The position numbers and the translations under genes are program-made. A model generated the notes under the pieces. The model ran no database searches. It was not told the origin of the DNA and saw only the letters and a list, made by a program, of their open reading frames with translations. From Octopus bimaculoides (taxonomy: Eukaryota), in NCBI RefSeq assembly GCF_001194135.2, contig NC_068981.1, positions 39,781,875 to 39,826,830 of the forward strand: 44,956 bases of DNA, written 5' to 3'. Below are positions 37,331 through 44,956 of the stretch, piece by piece; position 1 is the stretch's first letter, and each line of letters opens with the position of its first letter.

Positions 37331-38139
37331 CCCACATAGACTAGCCAGTTGAGTCAAGTCAACACCTAGAATTTCCCTGAAAACACTGTCATCATTACCT
37401 CTACTGGTTTACACTATACTAAAGTGGAAATTCTAACAACCGCGTAACCCGAGTGGTGGAAGCTTGCGACCATTTATCTACATCTTTTATGCCTGGCGCC
37501 TATTCGTGATCTTCGCTTGATTCGACGTCCCAGTTTTGAAGGGTTACCCCTTAGCTTTTGGTTTGACAACTCCGCCTGCGTGTTTTGAGTTGATTTTATT
37601 TTATATCCTTCGCTTCAAGGCAACCGCCACCATTTACACAAGATCATTCTCGTCAAATTCCAGTGTATGTAGTCATCGAAGATGCATGTGTTTCTGAAAT
37701 CCTAATTGATATGAGCGCATCTATGTCTAGTGACCTGAAATCGAGTAACTAATCTTTTTCCCAAGCCGGCCTCGTGTCACGTCCATTCACACAACAAATG
37801 CAAATATGGTCATGTTGTCTTAGAAAATATGCACAAGAAAAGCCACTTACATCGAAAAACTACTGAAGTGTCCTGTCTTCAAGTGCTTTCAAAAGTCCCT
37901 GCAATATGGTGCTGTCTCTTGTTTGTCAGAAACATTCCACATATTCGTGAAATGTTTCCTGTAGATCTCTACACAGTTCTGGCATTATCGACACCAAACG
38001 TTTACCGGTTGCCGTTTTCAGAAGAGATTCATTGTTGCATCCCCATCTTTGGTTTGTATGGTATTGCTGCATTATTGTGTGTATTCCTTCAACATTACGT
38101 TGGTAATAGCTGTAGTTAAGAAGGTGGTATGTGTCGCTC

Positions 38140-38218
38140 TTGTTGCTGCTGGTGCTGCTGGTGCTGGTGCTGCCGTTGCTGCTGCTGCCGTTGCTGCTGC
38201 TGCTGCTGCTGCTGCTGG

Positions 38219-38259
<41 letters not shown>

Positions 38260-38282
38260 TCGTCGTCTTCGTCGTCGTTGTT
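38140..38282. repeat. Compound trinucleotide tract (GCT)n-(GAT)n-(GTC)n
   Basis: Direct reading. Confidence 0.95.
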
Positions 38283-39596
38283 GGTGTTTTAGTTGAGGTG
38301 GCTGCGGGGATTGTTGACGATGCTGTTCGCTTCTTTTTATCTTGGGAGTTATAGTGCTGGTGGTTTTTGTAGTCGACAAAGGAGACAGTGGTGACAGTGG
38401 TGTAAGGAGACAGTGGTGCTACTGCTGCTTTTACCGGTGGTGTTTGCGATGATGCTGACTGTGATAACTGCCTCTGTCACACGGTACCATCGCACTACTT
38501 TCAATGTCCATGGTAGTTACAGATACTTAAAGAGGACTTGTCCACTCACTTCCACCAATGAATAACCAGCAGATCCAAGAGACCGTTCTATTGTTACTCT
38601 TGCATAAACACCGATATTAAATTAGTTAGACTCCTAACATATCACTAATATCTCCAGATTTAAGCCTTTACACTAGAAAATATAAAATGCTAACTCATAT
38701 GAACCGTGTAACCGAATAAACCATAAACCTAGAAGTCCGGGAGTCTAAGTGTCGCAATTCTTAGTTTCCCTGACGGCTGCCACGTTTGAACATTGACTTT
38801 CAGCTGTATCCAGTTGTATTCCTCATTTTTATGGCTACATCACATTCTAATCCACGCAGCTGGCAAACAATCTTACCTATATTCTTCTTCCACCACCTGT
38901 CTGTCATCATCATTACAACATGCACACACATCAGTAGCAGAAACAAAAACAATTTGCAGAAGCTAAAAAAGAAACAAGGCTTTTCCACCAAAAAGCATAA
39001 AGAAGTTTCACAGAAGTCATCATCACAATCACCAATATAGGTGCTTCAATACATAGTTTCAACGTAAATGTAGATACTTCCAAAAAACGTATAGCACAAG
39101 AAAAATCTAGAAATACAAATTCAAATGCACAGCTCAGATAACCAGTTTGATAGAAGAAGAAAAAAAACAAGACACAACATCAAACCAAAAAGACCTCTGC
39201 CACATAACCTATATCAAGTAACTAAATACAACAAAAACAAATAAAATAGACAAAAAGCAAAAAACTAGCAAGGACGTATATCCAGTGTTAACAGTTAAAC
39301 AAACTGTAAAACACTACACAAAGTAATTAACAACTGTAAGAACGTCCAAACCACATCACTTATCACAATAACAACTTCAAGTAACGAGCTAACCAATAGC
39401 AAAAACAATTAACTTACGTAACACTTTTTCTAATTAGTCACTAATGAACACACACACACACACACACAGTTGAAGATATATACCATCTACCTAATTTACG
39501 GCTTTGGTCCTTATCTTTTGAGTGACATGAGAAAAGCAATGAACAAATTCCAACTTTCAATCTTTTCAAACTTTTGCCAAACAAAAGCTAAAAATA

Positions 39597-39672
39597 TAGG
39601 GTGACCCAAAAGTCACAAGGGGGTTAATAATTCATTTGTTTTACATTTACGATCATTTTAGCACCACATACA

Positions 39673-39755
<83 letters not shown>

Positions 39756-39883
39756 CGTGTGTGTGTGTGCGTGTGTGCGTGTGTACATTAAGAGTCACAT
39801 TTTGTGAATTACGTATAAAAAAATTTAATTAAAGCAAATTTATTAAACTTTTAGACCCTCTCTGTGACTTCTGGGCCACTTTG
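39597..39883. mobile_element. Tc1/mariner-type MITE with internal (TG)n
   Basis: TIRs ta|tagggtgacccaaaagtcac and gtgacttctgggccactttg|ta, both close to CAGGGTGGCCCAAAAGTCAC; TA on both sides. Confidence 0.7.
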
Positions 39884-40610
39884 TATATGCAAACATAACT
39901 ATTTTTCCTTTTTTTCTTTTATTATTTTGATTTATTGAATTGAATTAAGTAGTTTAATAGTGTTTGTCTCTCTTCCGTATGGTATATACGAGTATAGTGT
40001 CGAATAATAAAACGATTATGTTCATCACATTAGTTACGTTAATACGTACGTCACTATTATCCCAACACACATTCTTTTTAACCTATGCGTACACGAACTT
40101 CTTACACTACTACAAATCATACATGCAGCCTCAGAGTTAGATGATATCGATATCACATTTTTGCACCGTTCTCTACAACAAACGCCTAAACAAAACTTTG
40201 CTCAACTCCTCCAACACTAGATCAATCGCCTAAAACCTGTCTACAAAATGACAAACTAAAACAGCACATACCAAATTCGCTATCACCTTTTTTACTAATA
40301 ATACCCGAGATCGTCAAATATGTATAACCAAGCTCATTTATTTAAAATATGTCGTATATATAACAAGACTACTAGGAATAAATCCAACGCCTTTTCGGCA
40401 TTCTCAGGGTGTACGTTCAAAGTAAAAAAAAAAAATGAGATAACCATATTCAGAGCTTCATGTTTAAGAGGCACCGGCTGTTGCTTGTTTTATTTGAACA
40501 AACAAGAGATCATAAGACAGCCACATTGTTTTATTCCATTTCTCTTTCAGTCTGCTGCAGTCGGTAACCATGTGTAGTTTGTTTCACTTCACTCTTTCCT
40601 CCCTCTCATT

Positions 40611-40660
<50 letters not shown>

Positions 40661-41469
40661 NNNNNNNNNNNNNNNNNNNNNNNNNNNNNNNNNNNNNNNN
40701 NNNNNNNNNNNNNNNNNNNNNNNNNNNNNNNNNNNNNNNNNNNNNNNNNNNNNNNNNNNNNNNNNNNNNNNNNNNNNNNNNNNNNNNNNNNNNNNNNNNN
40801 NNNNNNNNNNNNNNNNNNNNNNNNNNNNNNNNNNNNNNNNNNNNNNNNNNNNNNNNNNNNNNNNNNNNNNNNNNNNNNNNNNNNNNNNNNNNNNNNNNNN
40901 NNNNNNNNNNNNNNNNNNNNNNNNNNNNNNNNNNNNNNNNNNNNNNNNNNNNNNNNNNNNNNNNNNNNNNNNNNNNNNNNNNNNNNNNNNNNNNNNNNNN
41001 NNNNNNNNNNNNNNNNNNNNNNNNNNNNNNNNNNNNNNNNNNNNNNNNNNNNNNNNNNNNNNNNNNNNNNNNNNNNNNNNNNNNNNNNNNNNNNNNNNNN
41101 NNNNNNNNNNNNNNNNNNNNNNNNNNNNNNNNNNNNNNNNNNNNNNNNNNNNNNNNNNNNNNNNNNNNNNNNNNNNNNNNNNNNNNNNNNNNNNNNNNNN
41201 NNNNNNNNNNNNNNNNNNNNNNNNNNNNNNNNNNNNNNNNNNNNNNNNNNNNNNNNNNNNNNNNNNNNNNNNNNNNNNNNNNNNNNNNNNNNNNNNNNNN
41301 NNNNNNNNNNNNNNNNNNNNNNNNNNNNNNNNNNNNNNNNNNNNNNNNNNNNNNNNNNNNNNNNNNNNNNNNNNNNNNNNNNNNNNNNNNNNNNNNNNNN
41401 NNNNNNNNNNNNNNNNNNNNNNNNNNNNNNNNNNNNNNNNNNNNNNNNNNNNNNNNNNNNNNNNNNNNN
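40661..41469. other. Assembly gap preceded by (CT)n
   Basis: Run of N. Confidence 1.
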
Positions 41470-41659
41470 GTGTAAGGGCTTGAGGTATCCCATGGAGTGA
41501 AAACCGATTAAGTGAAACTTTGAATGGAATGGATTATTTATATACGAATTTGAGAGTAAATTGCTCTTCTATCACTTCTGAACTTTAGCCATATGAGAAT
41601 GGTATTCGTTGGACTGTAGATACTAGACATTGCCTTGAATGCGTAGATTGATCATATCG

Positions 41660-42010
41660 AACTTAGTACTTAATCTATTAACTCTCTTATTGCCGAACCA
41701 CTAACCTTCGTGGCGTAAAGAAATCCAACACTAGTTGTGAAACAGTAAAACGGCGAGAGAGAAATACAAAGACGCATGAAAACACAAGCATGTGTGAGAG
41801 AGAGAGAGAGAGAGAGTCTCTGTGTATATAGGTGTGCATATGCGTGTCTGTGTGTGTGCATGTATGCCTGTGTGTATACTAGGAACTTCCACACACTTTC
41901 CCTATACAACATTTACTTAAACAGCATCGGGCGGACTGAGGTTATGCTAGAAACCACTGTGAGGCTGAACTCAAAACCAGGTGGTTACGAAATAAACTTC
42001 TTAACCATAG
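41660..42010 (-). mobile_element. Highly degenerate SINE family A fragments (41660-41760 and 41930-42010)
   Basis: ctcttattgccgaaccactaa and gaggttatgctagaa...gaactcaaaaccaggtggtt resemble reverse-complemented family A segments. Confidence 0.55.
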
Positions 42011-42084
42011 ATATGAGTCTGTGCATACTATAAGGCGCCATTTTTAACAGAAGATCATTCGAGCTGTCATTATTAACTTACTAT

Positions 42085-42182
42085 TTATTGTATGTGTGTA
42101 TGTATGGATGTATGCATGTGTGTAGGTAGGTAGGTATGTAGGTAGGTAGGTAGGTAGGTAAGTAGGTAGGTAGGTAGGTAGC
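42085..42182. repeat. (TATG)n-(TAGG)n tract
   Basis: Direct reading. Confidence 0.95.
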
Positions 42183-42506
42183 TAAGGTTCCTCAGTTTCT
42201 ACTGCAGATTGATTGATAGGTTCTGCGAGTTACTGGGTAAATGGAAGTCGTGTAAATTGAGGGATGTTTTTAAAGATACTAATTAAAAAGCACGCAGACA
42301 AAATTTAAACAATTTTATAGTGAAATGGGAATGATAAATGCAATAAATCGTATTTATTATCCCCATTAACTATACTGGTTTGGACTTTTATTTCTTCACC
42401 TTTTGTTGTTGTTGTTGTTGGTATTTTTTTATTGATTATTTTTTCCGAATTGCTTTAACAGCTGCCTCGTCTAGATTAACATGATTTAAAGTAGATTACC
42501 TTGTTT

Positions 42507-42730
42507 AAGGCGGCGAGCTGACAGTATAGTTTACACGGCGAGCAAAATGCTTAGCGACATTTCGTCCATCTATACGTTCTGAGTTCAAGTTCCACCGAGG
42601 TCCACTTTGCCTTTCATCTCTTTCGGGATCGATAACATAGGTACCAGTTTCATACGGAGTCGATGTAATCGACTTACTCTCTCCCCTGAATTTGCTGGCA
42701 TTGTGCCAAAATTTGAAACCAATATATTAC
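42507..42730 (+). mobile_element. SINE family B
   Basis: aaggcggcgagctgacag...gttctgagttcaagttccaccgagg...aaatttgaaaccaatat. Confidence 0.9.
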
Positions 42731-43096
42731 CGTATTTGATGGCATAAAAGACACATGTACATATCAGATACGCCCTAATTTAAACAGCGCATATTCAGGA
42801 AAGAAGTTTTAAGCACACGAAAGCATGTAACATACACTTAACCTCGCACATACGATAAAAGGGTAGATTTTGGAGTTTTTCCCCCGTTTTTCTTTTGGAC
42901 AAATATGCATCTGCCGCTATAAAATATGGTAATTTTTATTTTCAAATAGTGTGACTGTCTTGACATTTGGAATTCAATCATTGAATCCCGAAGATTATAA
43001 ACATAAAAACAAATAATCATTATAACTTAAGCATTAATTGATGCTACTTTGGTATGTGATCTACAAGAGTCAAATTCTACTTTATATTTTTATACA

Positions 43097-43407
43097 TTTA
43101 CTCTTTTACTCTTTTACTCATTTACTTGTTTCAGTCATTTGACTGCGGCCTTGCTGGAGCACCGCCTTTAGTCGAGCAAATCGACCCCAGGACTTATTCT
43201 ATCGGTCTCTTTTGCCGAACCGCTAAGTTACGGGAACGTAAACACACCACCATCGGGCTTCTTTCAGTTTCCGTCTACCAAATCCACGCACAAGGCTTTG
43301 GTCGGACCGAAGCTATAGTGGAAGACACTAGCCCAAGGTGCCACGCAGTAGGAATGAACCTGGAACCATGTGGTTGGTAAGCAATCTACTTACCACACAG
43401 CCACTCC
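43097..43407 (-). mobile_element. SINE family A with two internal deletions (no internal microsatellite)
   Basis: Reverse complement is colinear with 17393-17893 apart from the missing segments. Confidence 0.9.
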
Positions 43408-44003
43408 AAAAATTAGAATAAAGCAGATATAAAACAAGTTTACTAATTTTATGAGCGAATCGAAGGAAGGGGCGAATGGAATCAACATCAGCTAGAAAAG
43501 TAAAAAATAGATAATTAAAATTTGTATACATTTTATACATCTATTATTAAAAAGAAATTAGAATGAAGCAAATTTGAAACAAGTTTACTAATTTTATCGT
43601 TTATACATTTATTACTGTTGCAGATTGCAATATAATACACTTATTATTGTTGTAGATCGCAATATAAAGTGTAGATCGCAGTTTCATGACACATTGATCG
43701 TATACCAATGTAGCAGCCATTAGTTTATAGTGTATTCCAACTCACTGTAGGAGAATTCAAACGAAAGTATCATAGAGGGGAAATGAAAAACAAAAACACG
43801 AACGCTGAAGTGGTGTTCCTGTAGGCTTTGGTAGAGGTGGGAATCGAACTGCTCTAGAACATTAGTAAAATGAAATCATGCAAGACGTGTGTCGAATGCG
43901 CTGAGTCACAAATGTATATATAAAATTCTTGTAAGACAATGCACACGGGCAAACTTGAGGTTGTGAAATAAACTTCATAACCATATGCTGTTTACACTAT
44001 ATA

Positions 44004-44013
44004 NNNNNNNNNN
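44004..44013. other. 10-N assembly gap
   Basis: Run of N. Confidence 1.
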
Positions 44014-44480
44014 CACGCATAATTGGGTACAGGACGTCACAATCCGTAAACAACATGAAATATGAAAACAAATGAGTTGACAACGCAAACAACGAGAGGA
44101 ACAAATGGGAAACAGGACAAGTAACATAAATAACGACCCTTCATCAGTTGTTGGCTGTCCATCTACACCTCATTTTGAGCATTGAACGACAATATAAAGG
44201 CAGTTGCTCCCGCAAAAACCAATATAAAATTGAGATTTGCGGATGGTCAAAGTTGGTAACAAAAACAGGATAGTGGACACATACAAGGAAACCAAACGAA
44301 AACAAGCATGGAGGGTCGCTAGACCAGGTGAAGGTAAAGTAGCGAACGCTTTGACAAAAGAAAAGGAAGAAGAGAGAGACAGATAGGATACATAGAGTCT
44401 CTACAATAGCCCTGAAGGAAAAAAAATATGATCAACTGAGGAAAAGAAAGATGGACGATGGTCACGTGTGAACAACGAGA

Positions 44481-44514
<34 letters not shown>

Positions 44515-44669
44515 ACGGTGAAGGGGATAAATAAGGAATTAGAGAAAGGTTGAGAGAGAAAACGATAGGGGGAGAGAACAGTAAAGGCTAGAGTCGCATC
44601 AAAAATATTAAGATAAACTTACTTGGAAATGGATGCGTGGCGTTCAATCAAATAATAATATGAATAATA

Positions 44670-44956
44670 TATCAGGTCATCCCTTAAGTTCTGTCCGAAT
44701 TTTGAATAAAGAAAACAATTGATCAAATGTTATGTTTAATTGAAATTTAATCATCAATGTACTTTCCCTGATTATCTATGACTTCCTTTCATCTATTTAC
44801 AAGCTTTTTAATCCCATCAATGTAAAACTCATTTGCTTTCAAAGCGAAGAACTTTGAAATGTCAGTTTCAACCTCCTCCTGGCTTGCAAAAGTTATGTCC
44901 CCCAAATGATTCTGTAAACTATGAAACAAATGGTAGTCTGAAGGAGCAGGGTCGGG
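44670..44956 (-). mobile_element. mariner transposon 3' end (runs off the window), with terminal inverted repeat
   Basis: PDPAPSDYHLFHSLQNHL...FF..K..EFYIDGIKKLVNR*KEVIDNQGKYIDD*, with stop at 44747-44749. SPDLAPSDY-type third-Asp motif of DD34D. TIR ta|tcaggtcatcccttaagttctgtccg. Confidence 0.92.

Noticed and set aside
40142-40155. Perfect 14-bp palindrome TGATATCGATATCA
   Set aside because: Isolated; not improbable in 45 kb of AT-rich DNA.
3614-41493. Long ORFs in the track (189-489 aa) and the many CV/HT/YI/poly-X ORFs
   Set aside because: They are made of N-gaps or di- and trinucleotide microsatellites; no coding signal.
736-43407. SINE heads as tRNA genes; SINE or TIR repeats as CRISPR-like arrays
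   Set aside because: The heads have A/B boxes but no complete cloverleaf and continue into SINE bodies. There is no regularly spaced repeat-spacer array.
44120-44160. CTGATGA on the minus strand (44141-44147) as a hammerhead core
   Set aside because: No helix II followed by GAAAC, and no helix I partner downstream.

Overview
AT-rich, microsatellite-dense eukaryotic genomic DNA with five N-gaps. The SINE families suggest an octopus/coleoid cephalopod genome (inference from memory, not a database result). No intact host protein-coding gene can be supported; most listed ORFs are microsatellite or gap artefacts. The window is mostly decayed mobile elements: two R4/Dong-clade LINE remnants, RTE and CR1-group LINE fragments, a Penelope-like element (PLE), three mariner remnants, hAT and Tc1/mariner MITEs, a Helitron-like 3' end and about 15 tRNA-derived SINE copies from four families. 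The most interesting signals are: (1) degenerate minimal type-I hammerhead-ribozyme-like motifs, one at the PLE 3' end (8761-8807) and two in tandem at 34243-34381; (2) an old ~2 kb local duplication whose second copy is split by nested insertions; (3) a young 292-bp, 98%-identical copy of a SINE 3' half plus its unique flank, at a non-syntenic site; (4) a strand-skewed segment at 37.8-39.4 kb that may be the 5' end of a minus-strand transcript, with an interrupted His/Gln-rich frame; (5) weak, phase-compatible exon candidates at 30.2-31.0 kb.
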